Below are positions 49,265 through 61,324 of a stretch of DNA of 64,000 nt, piece by piece. Below the pieces are notes generated by a model. The model did no database searches. It had not been told where the DNA came from and saw only the letters and a program-made list of their open reading frames with translations. Source of the stretch: Eukaryota sp. GEM-RC1 (taxonomy: Eukaryota); assembly GCA_040285855.1 (NCBI GenBank), contig JAUFOQ010000005.1, positions 620,001-684,000 on the forward strand. The letters run 5' to 3'. The position numbers and the translations under genes were made by a program. How positions within the stretch are numbered: position 1 is the stretch's first letter; the number at the start of each line of letters is the position of its first letter.

Positions 49265-50560
49265 TTAGGATGTCCATAGTGAGGTATTCCATGGATATTC
49301 ATTAGAACATCCTGTCAAAAGATCCTTAAGCATTGTGATCTTGCCTCGGTGTAGGTACAGATCAAGTGTTTCTTCTAGATCGAGAGCTCCGGATTTGGAA
49401 AACTGGTCGATTAGTCCGACAATTTCAGTGTCTGCATCTGAACATCGGGATTCTCGGATGTCAGTCATCCAATCTGCACGTTTGTCCTTGGGAAATATTG
49501 TGCAATGAGTTGAAAATAGGTTAGTTGCATAGAACAAGGAGTCGACTGAACCTCGGAGCAAGTTGTCAGCGTTGGCTCGGGTTTTTCTAGGTCCGTTCTG
49601 ACGAGCTGGGGCGGAAGTCATTGGTGTGAAAAACCGTAGTGGTGTTAAGAAATTCGCAGGGGTACCAGGAGAGAGATAGTACGACTTCGAAGTCAATAGA
49701 TGCCGATAATAAGTCGTCAGAGCAGTTTACAATCCTGGGGATGAACAATTTGGCATGAAGAGTGACCTTTTCTTCTTCGTCAGTGGACACTTCAATGTCG
49801 TTGGATGATTCGTTCAAGTTAAGATCTGGGATGGTGATCTTTTAGAGACATTAGACTGGGGTCTGTTCAAGGAGTCTGTAAAGCTTTGAGACTGTAGCGA
49901 ATGTGTTCAGAGTCGGTAAATGAAGTTTCGTCGACTTCGGAATCTGTTTGTACGACGTGGCCTTCCAATAAACGTAGGCCTGCGTTAAATAGGTGATGGC
50001 CAAGGACCTCGCTGTCTTAAGTAGGTTCGATTAGTTCAGGGTAAAATTCAGCTTTCCAGCGGTTGAGTAAACTTTGCATGGCTTTAACAGAGTGGAGTTT
50101 GATTCTATGGAGGTCTCGTTGGAAATTGGTCACGGAATTTTTGATAAAGATCTGGCATGCCGGGCACTCGAAGAATTTGTATCCAGTGTTGGAAATGGAG
50201 GGGCCTTAAAGAAGCTGCTTTGTACCTTAGAACGGGAGGTTCCATCCTATAGCAAAGGTCGTGGATGAGGTTTTTGGCGTCGCTAATATAGATGTGAGGA
50301 TGGACCGGTCTTCCATTGTAGGATCCCAACTTGGAGATTTGGGCGACGCGGGTAAGTTCTCGAAGCGTCTGACCGGTGCAAGTCAAACTGCAGTGCTCAC
50401 ATATATATACTACTGTGGACACAGCGAACCAGCTCCATCATTACGTCAGTGCAATGAGCACCGACGTTGATGCAAGAGATAAACTTCTTCTGAGTAGATA
50501 CAGAATCTAAGGTTAGTAAAGATACTGAAATTACTGCAGGATGAGGATCGGAATCTTACA
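49265..50560 (-). pseudogene. Decayed zinc-finger-containing ORF of unknown (probably mobile) origin
   Basis: Fragments YICEHCSLTC and YKFFECPACQIFIKNSVTNFQRDLHRIKLH in broken frames with in-frame stops; GC content visibly higher than the flanks. Confidence 0.35.
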
Positions 50561-50684
50561 TCGGCAAGCAAGACTTCAGCCAAAACTCAGCAGCAGGACG
50601 CGCTTTGTGCTGTTTGACTCGGCCTCTGGGAAGATCGCGTGGTGGGGAACTTTTATCTGGCCCCAGCACCATATCACCCATGGG

Positions 50685-52673
50685 TAGGGATGTACAAGAC
50701 TCGAGTCGGACTCAGCTATTGTAAGTCTGATTCTGAGTCCGACTCACCGTATCTGAGTCTGAGTCTGAGCTTGAGTTTCACATCATAAACAATCTTTATT
50801 AAGTACATTATTAACCGTTATTATTCTACTGTCCACCGCTTAAAACAGACACATGCTTCAACATTTAAATCTGTTAGACGTGATCTGTCAGGAGTCACAA
50901 CTCTTCCAGCTTGTGAAAAAAGAGACTCAGAAGCTACATAAGAGGCTTGAACTGATAGTGCAATTCGAGATGTTCTTGCAAGTGTAGGGAACGTTGATTC
51001 ATTCAGTTTCCACCACATCAAAGGATCTTGGTCCATTTCAATAAGTCCATCACTGAGATAGATATCAAGTTCATCTAACTCAGTTGATTGTTCTTCGTTA
51101 CGAACACATATTTGTTTTCTTGCAAGCTCTTTCATTAGAGATTTTCCTTGAGGGTTGTTCTGCGATTCTTCTGTACTTACTGCAAGACTTCCCACTTTGG
51201 ACTCAATAAACTCCCTCATTGAACCCTTCAGCATCTCTTCATTCTCAATGTAACAACTTGGTAGGAAGTTCTGATTGTTTTTGAATCTAGGATCCAACAC
51301 AAGACCGACATATCCTGCAAAATCGAACACACTTCTGTCACTTCGACGTCCACTGATATACTCCGTAAACTTTTCCAACACTTTTGATGATACGGCAGAA
51401 ATAAAACCAGATTCACGTCCTTCTACAGGATCGCAAATTACTTTAAGCTTTTCCCATAATAAATTGAACAAAGTTAAACCTACGGACACATTAACGGATC
51501 TTGAAGAACAAATTTCAGTTAACTCATAGAAATCAGATAACAAGATCAACATCTGATGAAGATCTTCTCTTTCAGAAATAGTGAGTTTCAAATGCTTCAA
51601 CTTGCTGTCATTGAAAATCATATGATCTACAATGTCTATCAATTGGCTGTACCGTTCTAGCATCATGAAGGACGAATTCCATCTTGTTGAAACATCAACA
51701 ATCATGGAGGTGGTTTCAAGTCCTTCCAACTTGCATCTATCAGAAATACGTTCCCTCAAGTCTGAGCTTCTGTGTGATCTGACACAAAATTCTCCAATTT
51801 TTTTGACGAAAAAACAACCCTTATCTTCAAGAAAATTGGGAGTACTTCTGAATGATTGGTTGAGGGCAAGGTGAAGACCATGCGCCAAACATCTTCTATG
51901 ATAAACATTACCAGGTGTACCCAAAAAGTCCACAAATTTTGTTAAATCAATGTTTGAGGCATTGTCTGAAGTTACAGAAAAAACTTATTTCTCAAATTTG
52001 AAATGTTCTAGAACGTTTTTAAACTGCTCAGCAACATTGACGGCAGTATGTGGATGTTTAATTAACCCACAATCAAGGGTCTTAGTTTTGAGCCCAAAAT
52101 TCTGATCGATGTAATGCACAGTAACTCCCAAGAAAAGAGTGGAGTACCACTTCTGCTGGTCCAAATATCCAAAGTGAAGTTGAGTAAAGAGTTGTCAGTC
52201 ATAACTTCTAGTTCCTTTCCAATACTTTCTGGTTTTTCCTTATATAGCAAAACTATATCTCGTTGGACAGTGTTTCGGCCAATTTCTTCATAGTGGGGAC
52301 ACAACCAATTAATTATTTTTCTGACCGAAGGACGTTCCAGTTCTGAAAACGGATGACATCCATCAATGATGTATTCATTAATAAGTACACGAAGAAAGGA
52401 CTGTTGTGCCTTAGTTAGTTTTTGCTGAATAGGTGAATGAAGGGACGCAAATGGCAAGATCGACTGAGTTTCAAGAGAAGGAGGAATACGATCACCCACA
52501 TAGATGTTGTGGAGGTTTGCAAGATGTTTTGATAGAATCGAAGAACTAGTAGATAAAGAGAAGCTGCTTTGACAGTGAATACAAAATCTTCGGTCGGTGT
52601 TGTCGACTACCATTACAGTAAAAGGATCATCTCTAAAGTGTTTGGACTTCTGACAACTTGAAGGAGATGGCAT
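50685..52673 (-). mobile_element. hAT DNA transposon: right end plus transposase; 5' end lost
   Basis: Terminus tagggatgtacaagactcgagtc at 50685 with GACTC/GAGTC repeats; no matching opposite end found in the window. Confidence 0.8.
50821..52673 (-). pseudogene. hAT (ZBED/Ac-like) transposase, one frameshift (~52140) and one in-frame stop (~51986)
   Basis: BED finger FCIHC..SKHLANLH, TLDIWTS, TSDNASN, RCLAHGLHL, TRWNS, DPLMWWK, ASYVASESLFS. Confidence 0.9.
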
Positions 52674-52680
52674 TAAGTTA

Positions 52681-54238
52681 CTCTAAAACATCTAATACAA
52701 CGCCACCCCCAAATCCACATCTAATAGAAGGCCACCCCCTTCGATCAAAAATATTTGCAATATTTCTCTAAAATTTCATGTGTTTTTGACCCAGTGAATT
52801 TTCAAATTTGAATTCTTTATGACCTTCACGTCTACATTTCTGATCGTCCACTTTCTTCTCTTGCAATTTTGACCTACCACTCCTCCCCTTCCTCTCTCCT
52901 CATTTCGTACATCGTCATGTCTTCTTACGCTGATGTACTTCAGAACTGTCTTATCTTGTCTTTCTGCTTCAAGTTGCTCGAAAACACATCATTAGAGATC
53001 GTGATTTCTTGTTGAGCACTTCCCGACTTGACTTTTGTCCTTCCGTTGTGTTCTACAAGTGCATCATGGGATTTCATGGTGGGAAACCATTTCTTTCCAT
53101 TCAAATTAGCTCTAGTAGTAGATCCAACCTTCTGGAATTTCTCCATCAGTTCTCCCCGTATTTGACTGTTCAAGAACTATATTTCTGTGGTATTCTTTAC
53201 ATGATCTTCGCCGTTTCGGACTCAACAAATTCCCGACTACTTGTTCTGAAATCGTCTATCATGCCTGTCTCAGGGAATAAACTCGTCCTAATCTGTGATG
53301 TATTTTGGTGTTGATGTTATGTTAAGAATCTGTTTCCTTCGATCAGCCTCACAAGTTTTTATAACATCTTCCGACAATTCTAAAATAAAATTAACTTACA
53401 ATGTTGTATTGAATGTGATTATATCTAATAACATCGGAAGTACAAAAAGAACACACCTCAAGGTTGAAGTCTTCTCACAAATGAAGATTGTATTCACAGT
53501 ACGTGATGATCAAATAGAAATCATAAGTTATATAACTGATACAGGATTCACAGTAAACATCTAGTCACTCTGGAGAAGGAAGAATCAAATCAAAATGTTG
53601 AGCAACTCATCTTAGATACCGTTGTACCGTTGAAACATTCTGTCTTCGGTTAACAAAACTGTAGATCCTTTGCGGTGACTTGATTCTGAATGTGATCATA
53701 TCCAATAGCATCAGAAGTACGTAGACAAGAACACGCCTCAAAGTTGAGGTCTTTTCACAAATGAAGACTGTATTCATATGACGTTACGATGAAAAGCTAG
53801 CATTAAGTATAATGCCAATACTTGATTCGTCTGTATATGGCTCCATCATGTTGTGGAAGGAAGAATCATGAAACATTAAAAAAAAAGTCAGAGTGAGAAA
53901 TTGTGAGCAGAAGATTTTTCAGCGATCTGATTGTGGATCCGTTTCAACTCTTAGCGACACTGAAGTTGCTACTCATGAAATGCAACTAGTACTAGTAGTA
54001 CACTGCTCATCTCAAACAACTCCTCTACTGTGATCAAATCATTCAATGAAACTAGTCTAACGTCAGTGTGTAAAAGTTAATCAACCAAAATGAATTCATT
54101 GAACAAAATACTACACAGAATGCTAAAAGAAAATTAAATGATGAGATGACACTTGTATCTAGAAGAGATCTCCTGTATCGTCATCACTGTTTTCCTCAAT
54201 CACTGCTTCAGGAGTCTCTGATAAAACCTCTAAAAAAT
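52681..54238 (-). mobile_element. Inverted, 5'-truncated copy of the pogo element (right TIR, cargo arm, last codons of transposase)
   Basis: TA + ctctaaaacatctaatacaacgccacccccaaa; 52738-54238 is the reverse complement (with indels) of ~62635-64000. Confidence 0.88.
52917..54080 (+). pseudogene. Cargo ORF remnant in the pogo right arm, convergent with the transposase; family unknown
   Basis: Consecutive ORF pieces 53009-53314 and 53295-53564 plus an internal repeat spaced ~275 bp (HLKVEVFSQMK at ~53455 and ~53730); counterpart at ~62800-63821 on the minus strand. Confidence 0.45.
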
Positions 54239-54563
54239 CACTGTCGAATTATATGTTGATAACGTGATTCAAAGAAATTGGTAATGCAAGTATGGTTGTA
54301 ATTCTATCGTTATCAATTCGGAGTGTTCCGTCTGAAAGACACTTCCAAACATAGTGGGGAAATACACTTTTTGCATAGACGGGAAATACAACTTCATGCC
54401 TCTGTATTAATACAAATACAAATACAAATACAAATACAAATACAACGAATACAAATACACTATTTCTATCACGTGAGTGTATTTCAATTGTATTTCAGGT
54501 GGAAACATATGTGTTACTTTAATAAGACCACATTAAATAATCAACTATAATATGAAGTGGTAG

Positions 54564-55436
54564 CAGGGACTGTCAAAAATATATTGCAATATATTGCGGG
54601 GTCAAAAAGATTTGCAATACAGTATTGCAATACTGCAATATATTGCAATAATTGGAAGCAATATAAATATTGTTGAGTAGACTATTTATTGTATTAATTC
54701 CATCAATAACTCTTAAGCTCATCATTAGGCATCATCTAAGTTCACTAGTTTCTGATTAACCATCTTACGAACCAAACTAATGTCCCAAAACTCTGTGTTT
54801 AAAGTAAATTGTTGATTGGCAAGTCTTCGATCAGAAACAGACATTTTGAACATAGAAACCAGGTCTGGGCCGTTCAGCAATTTCTTCATCATCATCACTG
54901 CTCACGTTATTTACTATCAAAGAATTCCATTGATTTGAGTCCATGTTGAGTCCATGTTGAGTCCTGGGATATAGGAATAAAGTGGGCTTTCCTCATCTGT
55001 TCTCGAGTGGCACTATAGGAAAGCGTCATGTAAGATGATGTGTCGAATGATATCAGATATACACCTGTAGCCAGAACTAGACAGATACTACTAGTAGTAA
55101 GGACTCTTACACAAGAAAAATACTTTAATTTGAAGACACCAGCTTACCACGTACAATGTAGACTAACCCAAAATATCATATTTTATAGTTTTTGTTCTCT
55201 AATATTATGTGAGTAGTAGTAAGGACTTCCAATTGTACACAAACCAAAAACTACATGTACTATGTTGCCAGATACCTTTCAAGCAACAGAAAAAGCAATG
55301 GTTTAAAATTATTGTTCAAAATCGAAATTATTGCAATATATTGCAATACAAAATGAGGCTGCAATACAGTATTGCAATACACAATACTCAATATTGCAAT
55401 TATTGCAAAAGTGCAATATATTTTTGACAGTCCCTG
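54564..55436. mobile_element. hAT-type MITE, CAGGGACTG/ATTGCAAT family (873 bp)
   Basis: TIR cagggactgtcaaaaatatattgca; exact TSD agtggtag (54556-54563, 55437-55444). Confidence 0.93.
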
Positions 55437-56165
55437 AGTGGTAGTGCGAAAAACTTTCTGCGTTTCATCGTTTTCACACCGCAAGTAGTTAAACTTCGGT
55501 TTTTTACTATAGAAACTCAACAAAAACCAAATACTATGATAGAGAGTGGGTGAGCACTCAAGATAATTATGAACAAAATAATAACTAAAAGTATACAGCT
55601 TCATCTACTGATAGATTCAACTTCTAAGGTCTCTGATGTGATTACAGTTGGTGTTTGTAAACAATTGCATTTAATCAAGCCAAAGATGAAGTTTCTCCCC
55701 TTATTTTTCAGAAAAATTGAAGAGAAATAAATACCATGCCCCTTGACTCTCCATTTCAACGAGCACCTATTCTATATTAGGTTGTCAGAGATTACCTTGT
55801 TGCTCTAATATCCGGGCAGCTGGGATGTAAACAACATAGTGGGAGAGGATGCAAGTTTCTTTGAGTCAGTAGAAGTCATAACATAATTGATGAATTGGAA
55901 TTTCCTGTACACACACAACTTCACAATTCAATTGTACGTACTTTTGCAGAAGAAACATTGTATTTGGTACTCAAGCAGTATTTTTGTCACATGAATCTGC
56001 ATTGAATATGCAAATAATTGGAATAAATAAGACTAAATACTGATACTAAAAATACCAAAAAAATAATACAAATAAGGGCTTGGTATTAATACAAATACAA
56101 TTACAAAATACAAAATACACAGAATACATTAAGGCTGTTAAAAAGTTAAGATAAGATCATCGGAA

Positions 56166-56330
56166 CTCGGGCCAGGTCATGTCTCGGGTCAGGTCAAGAT
56201 ATCTTCCATCGGGTCTCGGGTCAGGTTAAGATACCTCACATCAGGTCTCGGGTCAGGTCAAGATATCTTCCATCGGGTCTCGGGTCAGGCTAAGATACCT
56301 TGTCTCGGGCCTCGAGTCAGGTCAAGATTT
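56166..56330 (+). repeat. 32-bp subterminal tandem repeats (about 5 units)
   Basis: tctcgggtcaggtcaagatatcttccatcggg and variants. Confidence 0.85.
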
Positions 56331-56991
56331 CTGCATTCAAGTCTTCGTTGTTCATTGATTATGTTTTTTAATTCAAAATCACACATAAACTAGTACAAAA
56401 CTATTATTGTGTAATAAGCTGTGAGTTTGGACGATTAATAATAATATACAAAAACGAACAATTTTACACTCACAACCATACTTGTGGATCACAAACACAT
56501 GTGATCACACTGGCCTTTTTTGTGATCACATCACTTGTGATTCAAATGTCATCCATACTGAAGTGAAGTCATTAATATAATACATGTATGTGATAAACCT
56601 AGACCAGTTTTAATTGTTCAACAACATTCTACAGTTTAGAGCACAAGTTTAGAGTCTAATCTGGTGCTCGAAACTACATTTACCATTTCCCCACAATGTC
56701 ATCACTTCCTTTTCTCCAATCCGATTGTAACAAGGACAATCCGGTTTACCAGCCTGTGAAAGTTCGTGAATACACATCAAGTAAGGAAGACTTTCAATGT
56801 CAAGGGTGCTATAAGATATCAAACAATAATATACGGTATCATACAATAGATTTTACCACAAAACTTACTATTTCTGAAGTCATTAATTTGGCTGTCCATC
56901 AATGGTGGTACTCTGTTGGTAAACAGCTTTATTTTTTAGCATCAAGTAATTCAGCTATGAAACACAACAGATTATACACCCAATGTAGTTG

Positions 56992-57178
56992 ATCAAGACA
57001 TCAAGCAACAGGTCAGGTCAAGATACCTACCATCGGATCAAAGGTCAGGTCAAGATATCAAGCAACAGGTCAAAGGTCAGGTCAAGATACCTTGTCTCGA
57101 GTCAAAGGTCAGGTCAAGATACCTTCCATCGGGTCAAAGATAGCGTCAAGACTTTGACCTGACCTGTGACCTGATATC
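56992..57178 (+). repeat. 32-bp subterminal tandem repeats (about 5 units)
   Basis: tcaaaggtcaggtcaagatac... units, then inverted tgacctgacc motifs next to the TIR. Confidence 0.85.
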
Positions 57179-57559
57179 TTTTAACAGCCTTAGAATACAT
57201 GTATTCTGTATTTCCCATCTATGCTTTTTTTGTGTTTCTGTATTTTTCTGTATTTTTTATATTCGGTTTTAAGTGTTGTTTTTGTATTTTTTGTATGTTT
57301 TCCAGAAAGTTCATTTTGACTATTCAAGTGGTCGTATGCCTTGAATATGCATGTTTCGGTTGTCAGAATAACTAATCAACCCATAAATCAGTAGCACTAA
57401 GTTATCAATCTACTTAACAAACACAACATTGATAGGATTCTTCTGTGAAGCACATTTTTTTTCATGTCCAGTACCTTTGAATTGGTCGTCAAATAGATGG
57501 ACTAACTAACTAAGATTGTTTAATAATTGAGACGTGATCAAAATACGCAATCAACGACA

Positions 57560-58270
57560 CCAAATTTGAGATGATAGAAGTTCTAGATACACTTTGCAAA
57601 TGGTAAACACTCGATGTGATTGGTAAATCAGAATGTAGAATCTTATCATGTCTCAGGATTGAGAGCTAATCGAAATTGACATTGATTGGTGATATTAAGC
57701 GGAAATCCTAATATTTCAACAAATCAATCACAAACTATTATTATGCTAGAAATTTGTATTTTTGTGTATTTTATTTTCGGAAGTGGTGTGTTTTAAAATT
57801 ATGCTTCCACAAATCTTAAGTTTTGAGCTTTTAGTTAAGAAAAAGCATTTTCTTTTCCTAAGCGTACTCGGCGGCAAATGCAACGATCTTGGAATAGTTT
57901 TAGAGTAAATAAAAATTGATCGTCATTGTTGGCGCTGATGATTATATCATCAAGATATATGATTTCAGACATTTTGAAAATGTGTTTTGAAATACAGTGA
58001 GTACATTCTTTAAACCAAAAGCAACTGTGGTAAAACGGATAGCTACTAATGTTAGTCAATAGCAGGATCCAATCAACTCCTATACATTGGGAATTTTAGC
58101 AGCCAAAGACTGTTGGAAAAGACCAACCTCTCAAAATTGGCGACTTGGTCCTCAGACTAACAAAAACATTTATACTTCTACATGCTCTTTTGTGTGGTCT
58201 TAGTGAAGTCATAGAAGCCTCGGATAGATCATGTACCATAAATCTACTCAACAGCATCATTAATATTTTC
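57560..58270 (-). pseudogene. Ty3/gypsy-like reverse transcriptase remnant
   Basis: IIYLDDIIISANNDDQFLFTLKLFQDRC...VRLGKE: YLDD motif with typical downstream helix; many stops. Confidence 0.65.
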
Positions 58271-58289
58271 AATAAGTGCTCTCCGTCAG

Positions 58290-58560
58290 TTCATTTCTAA
58301 TTGGGGTTAGGGAATGGTTCAACAGATCAAGAACCGAAGAGTCCCTAGACAAACTTAGGAACACTGCTGCCTATCACGCCTTCGTGAAAGCCAATCAGGA
58401 GTCTAGCGGAAAGAGAAACAATTCGAAGAAAAAGAAGAAAGTTTGAATTGTAATATTGATTGGTATTTAGTTTTTACAGAAAAGACTTACTAAAGAGGGA
58501 GACCAGTGTTGGACATGATTTGCTGAAGAGGAGCCATTCTTTGTTCTGTTATAAATACTG
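58290..58560 (+). mobile_element. Possible 3' end of a chromovirus-like LTR element (pol tail, PPT, LTR start)
   Basis: Peptide TEESLDKLRNTAAYHAFVKAN resembles a chromodomain tail; purine tract aaagagggaga precedes TGTTGG at 58507. Confidence 0.3.
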
Positions 58561-59767
58561 TAAGGATTTGTCACGCTCATCTAAAAAAATTATATATCTC
58601 ATAATGCGATCAAATTGAATGTTGAAAGGTACAATTTTTTTGTGTTTCAAGTTGTACCAACCATACCTGGAAAATGCACTTTTCTGTATTTAGTGTATTT
58701 GTGTATTTGTATTGTGTATTTTTTAGTATTAGAATACTGTATTTTTTTTAGGAAGAGGATTCTGAACTTACTTACCTGTGTAGTGTACCTATTTTGGATG
58801 TACATGTGGTTCTCTTATCTCCAATTCATTTTTCGTGTGATGCACAGAAATATATTAAAACATGATAGAAATCAAGATACAAGACGAAGTAGTTGTCTTA
58901 GTTTATCAGCAACCAAACCAGAAGACAGATGAACAAACTACAGAAGTATACTGGATTCGGTCGAGGAATAATTGGAGGAAGAATTGCTCTTTGATTGTGT
59001 TTCTCCAAAAACAGGACACAAAATACCTACACAAAACCCTGACCAACAAGGAAAAATAGCAGATGGATTCTGACGAGGAGTGTGACACAATTGATCGGTC
59101 TCTATTTACTGAAGGAATTATAGTTTAACCTAAGTAAGAAGAATATATATAAGAAGCACTCATAGACACGAATCTAAATACAATATTAGTAGGCGATCAT
59201 TTAACATCATTGTTGTCGATGTATACTACTAAAAATACAGATAATACAACGTCATTGAATTTGGATTTTTGTATTTTTAATCTGTATCGGTATTTTTGTA
59301 CTCTAAACCATCTACTACAACGCCACCCCCAAACCCCAAAAATTAGGGGGTGGCGTTCTATAGATTTATGACCTGTCTGCTGACTTCTGGGATTTTTGAC
59401 CGTCGGTTTGACATTTCTGAATTCGTCTTGACAAGTCAAATTCTTTTTGATCTTTTGCTCCAGTCAATCTTTTTATTGACCCTCACTTATAACCTTCCTT
59501 TTCTTCTCTCTTATGTCCTTCTTGTTCTAGCGTATATCTCGCCATTGTGATTCACGTTCCTCCTTGTTCTCCTTCTACATCCTTTCTTTACACTCTATGT
59601 CACCTTGAAAAGGTTAATGAAATATTGCGCGTTGTCTGTGTCCCGATGCGGATTGTCTGAGTACGTACTCGTTTTAGTGAGGTACATCAGATTGCGGCAA
59701 GACCTTTTCAACCCTCATTCTCTTCTGAGAATGTGGGCGTATCCTCATCTTATCCTCCTCCTTTACT

Positions 59768-60639
59768 TATAGATGGGAGCCGGCTCAAAATTTGCTCACG
59801 GCTAAGCCGCAGGCATTAGCCAGCCGGCTGCGGCTTACAACGCATTTTAGCCAGCTCAAGCCGGCTAAAGCCGGCTCAGCCGCATGTTGGTTGATATATC
59901 AATAAAATGATTCAGAACCATTGTTAATGACAACTACACCGAGTATCAAAACGACACAATGCTGATACTATCGATCAGTACATTCCAGTTTTCCCAGATT
60001 TTACATGCCACATATTTTTGTGATTATCACTTATATACTTGACGGTTAGTTATCGCTTGAATCTGTGAAACAATTGGAACACCACTATGGAATTGGCTGT
60101 CTGCCTAAAATATGACAACAGTACGATAGTACTTTTGAGAAGGAGCTTAATTAGTCCTAAAGAAACAAAGTCGTTGGAGGAAGAGCTCTGACGGACTCTA
60201 GGTTTTTTACTGTCTCGGAACACAAGTATAGCGGTTTATTTGGAAGCAAAAGATGTAATAGACATTTAAAGTGTCAGAAATAGACACTGCGACAATGTAC
60301 ATAAGGCACTGAATGTACTATCAGTGCCCAAGAAAAACAGTAGGGCAATTATTTGACACATATCAACTATATTCACCAATTCTACTGTTGCTCGAACGTT
60401 GATAAACATTAGTAGCCCTAAACTGTTCTGTAAAGCGCTGTAAATGATATTTTCGATTTCTAAATTCATCATTCGTTCTTTATTAGCTATGTTTTCTGAG
60501 AACCTAAAATATTCGGCTTGAGCCGGCTAAAAATATATTTAGCCAGCCGGCTTGCAGCTGAAAATTTTTCTATTCTGGACCAGTCGGCTGGCTCGGCTAG
60601 CCGGCTCAGCCAACTAAATTGAGCCGGCTCCCATCTCTA
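59768..60639. mobile_element. hAT-type MITE, TAGAGATGGG/AGCCGGCT family (872 bp), nested in pogo left arm
   Basis: TIR ta(t/g)agatgggagccggctcaa; exact TSD cctttact (59760-59767, 60640-60647). Confidence 0.93.
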
Positions 60640-61324
60640 CCTTTACTGGTCTCCGTCATCTATCAACGTTGTTTCCACTGAACTCTCTTCCTTTCGAGAT
60701 TTTCTTGTTGGTTGCAGTGAATGATCTCACGCAGCCACCTTGTTTTCATAGCTTGTTTCTATTTCTTATAAATGATACCCGATCACTATTAATGTATATC
60801 TTTCCATAAATCCTTATACGTGTACCAATCAATAATCTCAGAGCTTTTTTTTACATTGGAATCAGACGTTATGACCAGCATAGTAGAGTCTGTGATGTTA
60901 CAGAGAGATTTATTGATGTAAGAGCCTTCAATTATCTATAAATACTTATGTTTAAGACTTGGCTGAATATGGGTTTATTGAATGAAGTTGTCAACATGAA
61001 CTTCAATGAACTTTGATAAGAAAATGTTCAAATGTGACGTTTGGCACATAGGATGAACAGATTTCATCGGAATCAGATGTTATGATAGCCTTTTACAATA
61101 TAGAGAGACATTGTTGTATGATCATGATGTATAAAACAACATTACTTATAAGACTGGCTAAATATGGGTTCTTTGAATCACATTATGAACATATTATTCG
61201 ACATGGACGTGCATATACACATAAACACCTCACAGTTTCAGTATCAGTTCGGTTGTTGTGTCAATTCTACATAAAGATTAATGAAATCACGTTTGCCGGC
61301 AAATCGATCATATCTCAATTTTCA

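Larger units (their letters stand above)
56130..57192. mobile_element. hAT-type MITE, TAAGGCTG/GGTCA family (1063 bp)
   Basis: TIR taaggctgttaaaa; exact TSD gaatacat (56122-56129, 57193-57200). Confidence 0.92.
54374..57223. mobile_element. hAT-type MITE, AATAC family; hosts two nested MITEs
   Basis: TIR catagacgggaaatac / gtatttcccatctatg; flanks cT5g and cT7g (probable TSD with homopolymer noise); AAATAC arrays. Itself lies just inside another end, catagtggggaaatac, at 54350. Confidence 0.8.

Noticed and set aside
50570..50684. HDV-like ribozyme at the 5' end of a retroelement
   Set aside because: Could not build P1-P3 pairing or the L3 consensus by eye; left only as a check.
52917..54080. 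Fanzor/TnpB cargo in the pogo element
   Set aside because: No RuvC motifs or CxxC zinc ribbon seen in the frames I translated.
54405..54460. (AAATAC)n as a telomeric repeat or IQIQ-coding ORF
   Set aside because: It is the subterminal array of the 54374-57223 MITE.
56166..57178. 32-bp repeats resembling a CRISPR array
   Set aside because: Variable parts are only ~10 nt and recur; repeats lie inside a TIR/TSD-bounded MITE; no cas genes; eukaryotic context.
58569..59087. Solo LTR bounded by TGTCAC...GTGACA
   Set aside because: Flanks match only 3/5 and no second copy is in the window.
61082..61324. N-terminal 81 aa of the 394-aa ORF as part of the transposase
   Set aside because: Low-information sequence overlapping short local repeats; ATG 61325 better fits the pogo domain layout.
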